A stretch of DNA of 64,000 nucleotides from Cyanophyceae cyanobacterium (GTDB lineage: Bacteria; Cyanobacteriota; Cyanobacteriia; Cyanobacteriales; JAAUUE01): assembly GCA_038321825.1 (NCBI GenBank), contig JBBQFK010000001.1, positions 1,197 to 65,196 on the forward strand, in the 5' to 3' direction. Shown in pieces: positions 37,231 through 45,094 of the stretch. The notes under the pieces are model-generated. The model was not told the origin of the DNA. It saw nothing but the letters and a program-made list of their open reading frames with translations, and made no database searches. The translations under genes and the position numbers were made by a program. How positions within the stretch are numbered: the stretch's first letter is position 1; the number at the start of each line of letters is the position of its first letter.

Positions 37231-40200
37231 CTAACTCTTATCTCGATCGCACACCTCCGGCGACCCATTAGGATTGTGATTTTTATAATCTGCTAACCAA
37301 GTACAGCCTTGTCTAATTAAACTCTCCAAATTAAGATTCCATACAACTACTCGCCCATCTTGATCTGCCGATACTAGAAAATTACCATCTTCGCTAAAAC
37401 TTGCTTCAAAAATAGCTTCACTATGGCTGGTACTAAGAGTAGTGATCAGGTTGCCATCCAAGCGCCAAAACTTCAGGGTTTTATCTTCGCTAACCGAGGC
37501 GATCGACTTCCCATCGGTTGCAAAACCCACCCAGTTCACCGAGCCATTATGTCCCCGGAGAGTGGTGATTAAAGTTCCATCCATACTCCACAGGCGAATT
37601 GTCCCCTTATTCGTCGCCGCCGCCAAAAATTTACCATCGGCAGATATTGCCAAGTAATTCACTGCCCCGTTATTTTCTGTCAAAGTTCGCAAAAGTTGAC
37701 CATCCAAGCTCCAAATCTTCACCGTCTGGTCATCGCTGCCCGTGGCGATCAACTTTCCCCCCGGTGCAAAAGCCACTGTATTTACATTATCTTCATGCCC
37801 CACCAAAGTATGCAGAAGTTCTCCCGCCGGATTCCAAATCTTGGCAGTTTTATCCCTACCAGCACTTGCCATCAGGCGATCGTCCAAGGAGAAAGCCACC
37901 CCATTTACCCCGCCCTCGTGAGCCTTAATCGTTTGCATCAAATCTCCCTTATCTGTCCACAGGCGCACCGTTTCGTCATCACTGCCACTGACTAAAAACT
38001 TGCCATTGTGGGAAAAAACTACACTGTTGATAGCTTCCGTATGCGCCTTTAATTCCTTCAGGAGATTTCCCCGCGTTGACCATAACCGGATCAGGTGATC
38101 TTGGCTCCCGGTGGCGATCGACTCTCCCCTAGGACTAACGCTAACTGCATTCACCGCCTCTGATTGGATAATCTTCTGGGTAAAATCATTCCGCCGCCAA
38201 AACTTCACCGTACTATCCCCACTACCACTAGCCAAAATCTGCCCATCAGGGCTAAAACCCACCGCCCGGACTAAATTCCCATGTCCCCGGAAGGTATCAA
38301 TTAATTTTCCTGCCAAATCCCAAACTTGCACCGTATTATCTGCATTACCCACCGCTAACATTCGGCTATCAGGGCTAAACGCCACACTCAAAACCCAATC
38401 TTGGCTGACTTGCCAATCCCGACTTGGAGCCTGATTCCACGGTTCATTTGGTGTAGCTCGCTGCCAGAGAAATATCCTCCCATTAGTGCCTGTAACTGCC
38501 AAAGCCTGATGATTGGGGGCAAATTTGACACTAGTAATCACCTTGTCTGTATCCTGCCCCGGAGCTTGCCACGACTGCTGCCGTTGAAATTCCCCCCTAG
38601 CATCCTGCTGCCAAAAAATCACTAAGCCATCCGCCCCTACGGAAACTAAGGTCTTGCCATCCGGGGCAAAATCTATCCCCAACACTCGATTACTATGTCC
38701 CTGCAAGGTACTAACTAACTGCCCTTGGAGATTCCAAATTTTAATAGTTTTATCCCAACTGCCACTGGCGATCACCTGCCCGTCTGGACTGAAAACTACA
38801 GAACTCACCGTCCCCTCGTGGGCGTTGGCAGAGCCTGCTTCAGTGGAGATTGTCCTAACTACTTTGCCTGTAGCGTAGTTCCATATCTGTACCTGTTTCC
38901 CTGTTCCCCCGGTGGCGATGAGTTGACTATTAGGAGAAAAACTAACACTATCCAGTTCTCCTCCTGCCCCGGCTAATTCCCGAAGTAACTGCCCTTGGGG
39001 ATTCCAGATTTTAATAGTTTGGTCTTTGCTAGCAGTGGCAAGGAGTTGACCATTGGGGGAGAAGGCTAAACCCATGACCCAATCTGTGTGTCCTTCGAGG
39101 CGATTACTTTCCCGGATTTGGTCGATCGTCTGTTGCAGGGTCGTCAGTACCCGGATATTCGTATCCACACTAGCACCCCAAAAACCAGTTAAAATTCGCC
39201 CCGCCTTCAGGCTTTCCACCAGAGCATCAAACTTCCGACTGGAGAGGATCAAACTTTCTGAAGAAGAGACGATCGCCCCAATTTGAGTATTGGTTTCCTT
39301 CAGGGATGCTTGGATGGCAAAAACCCCCGTCAACATAGCCATAGTTAAAAATCCCAAACCCCACAACCTTGCCCCAGTTAATCTTTGTTGGAGAATTTGA
39401 TTAAGTTTATTTTCACTATCTTGTTGTCCTAGTTTCGCTGTAGTCAATTCGGCAATCAAAGCTTTTTCTCGTAGGGCAAATTCTAGCCTTTCAATAGTTT
39501 CTTGATTACTAATTTGGCGTTGTTTATAATCTTCGATCTGAAGCTTCGTATTAACTTCTTCTCGCTGCCGAATAAACTCGACTAAATAGTCATGAACTAA
39601 CTGATAACGAGGAAAGGGAATTTCTGGTAAGAGAAATACTAAACCCGACTTTTCAAGGATTTCTAAAATTAGGTCTAAGGTTGGATGAAAGGCTCCTTGA
39701 TCTAATTCTAGATCGGCAATTAATTCGAGGCGAGTTTTCAGGGGACGGATATTATTTTCTGCTGTGAGGAAATATAAAACCTGCCAAGCCATCGCCGCAT
39801 TTTCTACCCCGCAATCTTGGACTACTTGTGCTAAAAATCTTTCTGCTAGACGTTGCTTTAATCCAGATTCATGATACTGCTCTAGGGTTGTAATATTTTC
39901 TGACTGGACTTGAGCGCCAACTAACTGGAGTTCAATGGGGCGAATTTCCTGATTTTTTCCGGCTAGTTCGGCAACTATTTCATTAATTAAATCTGGCTCT
40001 ATTTCAAAATCAGCCCGATGGGTGAGGGTAGTGACGACCGATCGAGCATCAGTAATTGAGAAGTTACCAAGGGAATAGCGAATTCTGCGATCGAGGATGT
40101 TATTATTAATGGGATCAAGTAATACCTGTTCACTATTTAGGAGATAATGTAAGCCATCTTCCCGCAGAGATAAGATTACCTTGACGTAGGAAATATTTAG

Positions 40201-42258
40201 GCAATCTCGTAGAAATTCAAAAAAATCAGTTCGCTGCTGATTGTCAGTATTATAGAAGAAAAATTCCTCAAATTGATCAAAGATAATTACCGTAAGGGCG
40301 TGTTGTTTTTCCTGTTGCCTGAGATGTTCTAAGATAATTACGAGGGGAGTATCAATTTCTAGGGAAAGGGCTTTTGCTAGTTCCTTCAGCCAGTTTGTAT
40401 AAACTTGAATTGTGATAGTTATAGCGACTCGATCGCCCACTCCCTGTTCTTGGAGAGTAGGAATTAAACCTGCATGAATTAAGGAACTTTTGCCCACACC
40501 AGATTCTCCGTGGAGAACGATTAAGCGATGGTCTGCCCGGCTAAGACGGCTCATCATATTTTGCAGGTCTTGATAGCGACTAGAAACCCGAATTTCGGCG
40601 GCTACCGTGGTTTGCATACCGTTTAAGGTTGGAAAAGATTTCCCATAAACGGGTTGGGGTTGCAATCTTCTGGCACCAATAAAAGCCCGAAAGCCATAAA
40701 GCTGCTCTACTGATAGTTGTTGCTGTTTAATATGAAAGGCTTCTAGATAGCAACCTTGGTCAAAATATAAATTTCTGAGTTGTTTGAGAATATCTAAATA
40801 GTGTTGGGGATCAGCCCGATGATCACTAAGTTTTAGGGCTACATCTAGTTGTTTTGTCGCAATAGATAAATTTTGTTGGGCTTGACTAGTATTACCTAAA
40901 GCTGTGTGGGCTTTGACAAGAAATAATCGATAGAGTTGCCCCAATAATAATCCTTGCAGAATTAAGGGATGCTCGGTTAAAGATGCTGTGACGGGAGGAA
41001 ATTCTCGAACTAAACTTTCTAGAGCTTGACTGGCTAATTTGATACTATCTTGCCAACGAGCTTGGGCGATCGCTACCATTGCCAAAAAACCATAATCTTG
41101 AGCCATTTCGATAGTTTTTCCGCAGGTTTCATGGATTAATCTAGCTCGTTCTGCCAAGTCCTTGAGCGGAGTCCATGCTTGTAAATACTGGAGAATTTCA
41201 CCCTGCTGACTGAGAATTTGGGATACTAATTCGGGACAATTTACTTGACTTAAATAGTTAACTGCCTGTTCCATTGCTAGCCAAGCAGATTGCCAGTGTA
41301 ATTGTTTTTGAGCCTGTTGTCTTTCTGCCAAGCGACAATAGCAAAGGGCAATATTAGCTAATACTAAACCTTGGGCTTGTTTATCACTATTCGTCTGCCA
41401 AAATTCTAGGGATAATTGATAGTGGAGGAGAGCCTGTTCTAATTCCTGTTGGCTATAGGCTTTCCTGCCCAAAACAAACTCTAGCTTTGCGGATAGTTCT
41501 AGGGGTAATTGATATTTATAGTCTTCTAAATCTCTGAAAGCAAAATCTAGTTCTAAAGTTTCTTCACTCAGGTCTTGTATAGTTAAATACTGCTGTAATT
41601 GTTGGGGATGATTGTAAATACTATTAACTTTGACTTCGAGGAGATTAACTAGTTCTAAATAATTTAACTGGAGACTAATGGGAGTCACAGCCCAGTTATT
41701 AAAGTCTGGGGCATAACGAATTAAGCTAGTGAGGATGCGATCGTTCACTACCAGAATTATAGGAAAAGGAAATTTATTGCGAAATTCATCTCTAATTTGG
41801 TTAGCAGAGGTCAATAATCCAGCTAAATCAATGACATTTTCTAACCCCAAAATAATTAGGGCATCTGGGAAGTTTTCTGGTGGAGATTGTCCTAGATTAT
41901 TTACAATACTATCGGCAATATTATCTACAACATTACCTACAAGACTATCTGCAACATCACCTGTAATATTATCTACAAAATCATCTACAAAATCATCTAC
42001 AACATTATCTACAAGACTATCGGCAATACTAGAATAAATACTTGTAGTTTGTGGAGGAAGATCAATCTTTAGTAGATTGTGATCAGGGGGCAGATAAATT
42101 GATAATTCTTCTAGATATTTATCCCGGAGTTGCTGATAGTTGCAATGCATCAAAATTAAGGAAAATTCCCCAAGAGACAGGGTAATTGCCCGGACTAAAC
42201 TATTAAGCGCCTGTTGGTTTCTCGCTGCTACATCATCTAGGGAATATGGCTCGCCCAT
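37231..42258 (-). CDS. Giant STAND-type NTPase: P-loop-less N-terminal domain, TPR-like helical region, P-loop NTPase, hydrophobic helix, 14 WD40 repeats
   Basis: Walker A LHGESGVGKSS (nt 40486-40509), Walker B VIIFDQFEEFFF, hydrophobic LWGLGFLTMAMLTGVFAIQASL (residues 965-986). 14 blades end in xxxW motifs (IKIWN, VQIWN, VKFWR and others). Confidence 0.85.
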   Translation of the reverse strand: MGEPYSLDDVAARNQQALNSLVRAITLSLGEFSLILMHCNYQQLRDKYLEELSIYLPPDHNLLKIDLPPQTTSIYSSIADSLVDNVVDDFVDDFVDNITGDVADSLVGNVVDNIADSIVNNLGQSPPENFPDALIILGLENVIDLAGLLTSANQIRDEFRNKFPFPIILVVNDRILTSLIRYAPDFNNWAVTPISLQLNYLELVNLLEVKVNSIYNHPQQLQQYLTIQDLSEETLELDFAFRDLEDYKYQLPLELSAKLEFVLGRKAYSQQELEQALLHYQLSLEFWQTNSDKQAQGLVLANIALCYCRLAERQQAQKQLHWQSAWLAMEQAVNYLSQVNCPELVSQILSQQGEILQYLQAWTPLKDLAERARLIHETCGKTIEMAQDYGFLAMVAIAQARWQDSIKLASQALESLVREFPPVTASLTEHPLILQGLLLGQLYRLFLVKAHTALGNTSQAQQNLSIATKQLDVALKLSDHRADPQHYLDILKQLRNLYFDQGCYLEAFHIKQQQLSVEQLYGFRAFIGARRLQPQPVYGKSFPTLNGMQTTVAAEIRVSSRYQDLQNMMSRLSRADHRLIVLHGESGVGKSSLIHAGLIPTLQEQGVGDRVAITITIQVYTNWLKELAKALSLEIDTPLVIILEHLRQQEKQHALTVIIFDQFEEFFFYNTDNQQRTDFFEFLRDCLNISYVKVILSLREDGLHYLLNSEQVLLDPINNNILDRRIRYSLGNFSITDARSVVTTLTHRADFEIEPDLINEIVAELAGKNQEIRPIELQLVGAQVQSENITTLEQYHESGLKQRLAERFLAQVVQDCGVENAAMAWQVLYFLTAENNIRPLKTRLELIADLELDQGAFHPTLDLILEILEKSGLVFLLPEIPFPRYQLVHDYLVEFIRQREEVNTKLQIEDYKQRQISNQETIERLEFALREKALIAELTTAKLGQQDSENKLNQILQQRLTGARLWGLGFLTMAMLTGVFAIQASLKETNTQIGAIVSSSESLILSSRKFDALVESLKAGRILTGFWGASVDTNIRVLTTLQQTIDQIRESNRLEGHTDWVMGLAFSPNGQLLATASKDQTIKIWNPQGQLLRELAGAGGELDSVSFSPNSQLIATGGTGKQVQIWNYATGKVVRTISTEAGSANAHEGTVSSVVFSPDGQVIASGSWDKTIKIWNLQGQLVSTLQGHSNRVLGIDFAPDGKTLVSVGADGLVIFWQQDARGEFQRQQSWQAPGQDTDKVITSVKFAPNHQALAVTGTNGRIFLWQRATPNEPWNQAPSRDWQVSQDWVLSVAFSPDSRMLAVGNADNTVQVWDLAGKLIDTFRGHGNLVRAVGFSPDGQILASGSGDSTVKFWRRNDFTQKIIQSEAVNAVSVSPRGESIATGSQDHLIRLWSTRGNLLKELKAHTEAINSVVFSHNGKFLVSGSDDETVRLWTDKGDLMQTIKAHEGGVNGVAFSLDDRLMASAGRDKTAKIWNPAGELLHTLVGHEDNVNTVAFAPGGKLIATGSDDQTVKIWSLDGQLLRTLTENNGAVNYLAISADGKFLAAATNKGTIRLWSMDGTLITTLRGHNGSVNWVGFATDGKSIASVSEDKTLKFWRLDGNLITTLSTSHSEAIFEASFSEDGNFLVSADQDGRVVVWNLNLESLIRQGCTWLADYKNHNPNGSPEVCDRDKS

Positions 42259-43568
42259 AACTGAAATTGTTTGGTTTCTTCCAAGGCAGGATTGAGGCTA
42301 TACCAACAACCTTGCTGGTCTCGGTACTCGAATACTAGCATACTCTTCAGGAGGGTTTGATATTCTTCATCGCCCTTGACTGTCTGTTCTTGAACTACTT
42401 GAAATAATAAATCCCACTCTTGATTATCGATGGGCGAAACGAGAAAATCCCGGCGTTGTCTGATGGCAGTTTCTAGGCATTCACGAGAAATAGGTGGGTC
42501 TTCCTGCCGGAGACAGTCGTAGAGTAAGCCCAACAGATTCCGTAGATGACCACCGCTAATTTGGCAGAGGCGATCGAGGGTATCGAGACTATCAAATACT
42601 TCAGAAACTAGGTTTAATCTTTCTGTCACCGTAGCATCGGGAAAAGCTCTAGAAAGCACCAGATGGCGGAGCAAATCTAGTCCGGGTTGATAAAACTGCC
42701 CATCCCTCGATCGCACCTGTACCATCGGCAGCACTTGGGGAATTAGACCACCCCCCAGACGATTTTTCAGGGTTTCGGCATCGCTACAAAAAGCCAAGGC
42801 AAGGGGAATTGTATAGACAATATGGCAGGCTAGTTGCCGGAGTTCATCGCCCCGATCGATAAAAAGATATTCTGGTTGCGATCGTCCAGAGGGCAGGAGT
42901 CGATAGGTGATCCGATCGAGGTTGTCTATGATTACCACCAAGCCCGCTTTCCCTCGGCGTTGAAGTTCAGTTTGGACGGGTTTAATTAATTCTGTATTAA
43001 TAGCAGCTAAAATATTGCTGGTTCTGGGTTCGAGGTATTCTCGGAGACGACGGCGGACTTGGGGAGATTCCTTCGTCCGGGCGTGAATCTTGGCAATTCC
43101 TAGGGATATTTCTGCCTCCGCATTGAGTTCTATGGGGGTTTGCAAAAATTGCCCAATATCTTGAAATAAACGAGTAAATAGTCCGGGTTGCAGTTTGATC
43201 TTAATCCCCGCCAAGGCTTCACTCACCTGCCAAGCGATCGCCAGCAAAATATCCGTAATATCTACGTCTGCCACGTCAAGGTACTGACTAGATTCAAAAT
43301 AAACCACCACAAAGCCCTGCTGCTCTAGCTCGGCCTGCAATCGTAATAACTCTGTAGATTTCCCTGCCCCAATGTGTCCCGTAAATAGCTGACAGGTGGG
43401 TTCATCGGGGGAGATTCTGGTAATTGTACGTTTGAGAGCCTCGATCATTTTCCCGCCCCGCACTGCGGAGAGGTCTATGTAATATTTCCGGTCTTCTTCC
43501 ACACTGACAACGAGAGGTTTACTGGGATTACAAGCCTTGTAGAATTTAGTTAGATCGATCGCTCCCAT
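42237..43568 (-). CDS. Stand-alone P-loop ATPase, translationally coupled to the giant WD40 NTPase
   Basis: Walker A FTGHIGAGKSTELL, Walker B GLVVIIDNLDRI. The 3' end overlaps the downstream start by 22 nt. Confidence 0.7.
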   Translation of the reverse strand: MGAIDLTKFYKACNPSKPLVVSVEEDRKYYIDLSAVRGGKMIEALKRTITRISPDEPTCQLFTGHIGAGKSTELLRLQAELEQQGFVVVYFESSQYLDVADVDITDILLAIAWQVSEALAGIKIKLQPGLFTRLFQDIGQFLQTPIELNAEAEISLGIAKIHARTKESPQVRRRLREYLEPRTSNILAAINTELIKPVQTELQRRGKAGLVVIIDNLDRITYRLLPSGRSQPEYLFIDRGDELRQLACHIVYTIPLALAFCSDAETLKNRLGGGLIPQVLPMVQVRSRDGQFYQPGLDLLRHLVLSRAFPDATVTERLNLVSEVFDSLDTLDRLCQISGGHLRNLLGLLYDCLRQEDPPISRECLETAIRQRRDFLVSPIDNQEWDLLFQVVQEQTVKGDEEYQTLLKSMLVFEYRDQQGCWYSLNPALEETKQFQLWASHIP

Positions 43569-43626
43569 AGTCGCACCTCAGAGTTTTTATCAGCCACCCC
43601 GACCTTTTGTATCACTAATTATTTTA

Positions 43627-44022
43627 CTAGGCATCACAGATTCCTAACAGGCGACATTCTTTTTGTCGATCGTTCCTAGCTGCCGTGAGCCAATGAAAAG
43701 AGCTAGTTAAAGAGCTAGTTAAAGAGCTAGTTAAAGATTCAGCTAAAGAGCTAGTTGCAGAATTAATCTGGGGAGCAGGCTGCCTCGAACTGATAAGAGC
43801 ATGATTAGATTCCACTCTGGGGCTACCAGATACTTGGGCTGTCCCTGTCATGGCTGCTGGATCAGTCATCACCGTACTACCTAAGTTTATCTCTCCAAAA
43901 GTATTTTCTGGAAGTATTGGTTGTGGAGGGAGAGTTCCTAGTTGAGAGCCAAGAACTGAGCCGACCGCAGGCAAAAGTAGCAATCCCTTGGTAAAAGATT
44001 CCTTGGTTAAAGATTTCTGCAT
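43627..44022 (-). CDS. Hypothetical small protein with possible signal sequence and LTSS repeats
   Basis: ORF only: GLLLLPAVGSVLG hydrophobic N-terminus and a 12-nt repeat-encoded LTSSLTSSLTSS. Weak support. Confidence 0.3.
   Translation of the reverse strand: MQKSLTKESFTKGLLLLPAVGSVLGSQLGTLPPQPILPENTFGEINLGSTVMTDPAAMTGTAQVSGSPRVESNHALISSRQPAPQINSATSSLAESLTSSLTSSLTSSFHWLTAARNDRQKECRLLGICDA
43698..43757. repeat. 12-nt tandem repeat (AGAGCTAGTTAA-like) x4-5
   Basis: Read directly inside ORF 43627-44022. Confidence 0.8.
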
Positions 44023-44143
44023 AAAAATAACAACTCCGATCGAAGAGTGATGATTGAGAGGAGAGATTACTCGGTTTGATTCTCTCTACTTCACTTTTCA
44101 GGGGTTGTTGGGGTGATCAGGATTAAATGTGGAGAGTTGGGGG

Positions 44144-44581
44144 TTATTCTCGATCGTCCTTTGGCTCTTCCAAATGCTCGGCGATCGCTTGATAAAAACT
44201 AAGGACATGATGATCCTTCAAACTATAGAAAACGTGCCTTCCCTGTTTGCGAAAATTGACTAGTCTAATGGCTCGGAGGGTGCGTAATTGGTGGGACACT
44301 GCCGATTCATTCATGGTTAAAGTAACCGCCAGATCACCCACACACATTTCCCCGGCGGCTAATACAGACAAAATTCTGAGACGGTTGGTATCCGCCAAAA
44401 AATTCATAAATTCCGCCATCCCCTGAGCTTTTTCTACTGAGAGAATTTGCGATCGAATTGGTAACAGCTTATCCGTCTCGGCGTGATTGTGGGTTTCTTC
44501 ACAACAGAGTTCCTGATTTTCAGACTGGAGATCAGACTGGAGATCAGACTTGAGCATGGTTTCTTCTGGAAAATCGGGCAT
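44144..44581 (-). CDS. smtB: ArsR/SmtB-family metal-sensing repressor
   Basis: LADTNRLRILSVLAAGEMCVGDLA...ESAVSHQLRTLR HTH, plus alpha5 metal-site pattern LKDHHVLSFYQAIAEHLEE. The N-terminus carries a DLQS repeat, so the start is uncertain. Confidence 0.85.
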   Translation of the reverse strand: MPDFPEETMLKSDLQSDLQSENQELCCEETHNHAETDKLLPIRSQILSVEKAQGMAEFMNFLADTNRLRILSVLAAGEMCVGDLAVTLTMNESAVSHQLRTLRAIRLVNFRKQGRHVFYSLKDHHVLSFYQAIAEHLEEPKDDRE

Positions 44582-44629
44582 GGATAAACTGTACCTTAAA
44601 TTTACTACTGGGATTGCCGGAGCAGTTGT

Positions 44630-44797
44630 TTATTTGTTGCAACCACAGCCCGTATGTCCACAACCTTGACCCGCAGGATGACCATTGGCGCAGGCTTCTC
44701 CACAATAGGGTTTGTCGTCTTTCATCAAAGCGCTGGATAGGGAGACAATACACAGACAAGATTCACAAGCACATTTCATTTGGGTAACGCTAGTCAT
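44630..44797 (-). CDS. smtA: Bacterial metallothionein SmtA/BmtA (55 aa; absent from the ORF track)
   Basis: Hand translation: MTSVTQMKCACESCLCIVSLSSALMKDDKPYCGEACANGHPAGQGCGHTGCGCNK. The Cys/His pattern KCACExCLC...YCxEACAxGH...GCGHTGCxC matches cyanobacterial SmtA. Confidence 0.85.
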   Translation of the reverse strand: MTSVTQMKCACESCLCIVSLSSALMKDDKPYCGEACANGHPAGQGCGHTGCGCNK

Positions 44798-44923
44798 AAA
44801 TTTGATCCTTGTTGATTTTGGTTAGATGTAAATTTGGTTAAATGTCCTTGGGTATTTCTAAAAGGGAAAATCTCAAATTACCTTCTCAAGTTACCTTGGA
44901 ACAATCTCTAGGCTTATCATAAC

Positions 44924-44943
44924 ATATGAACAGCTATTCATAT
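44924..44943. promoter_or_regulatory. Candidate SmtB operator: near-perfect 20-bp inverted repeat
   Basis: ATATGAACAGCTATTCATAT, palindromic except for one symmetric position. TGAACA/TATTCA half-sites resemble ArsR/SmtB 12-2-12 operators. About 127 bp upstream of the smtA ATG and next to a TATGAT -10-like hexamer on the minus strand. Confidence 0.5.
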
Positions 44944-45094
44944 AAATAGATGTTGGAAAATTTTTAGGTAATATAGGCAATAAAAAAATAACACCTCGAT
45001 CGAGCCGGGGTGCTATCTTATAGATTCTCTAGAAACCATCTAGAAATTATGGAGTGATTATCTGGGGATTATCTAAGATTTTCCCCTAGAGCAG

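Noticed and set aside
44544-44759. 71-aa ORF from the supplied track overlapping the smtA region
   Set aside because: A different frame of the same strand encodes a textbook SmtA metallothionein (44630-44797). The 71-aa translation has no recognisable features.
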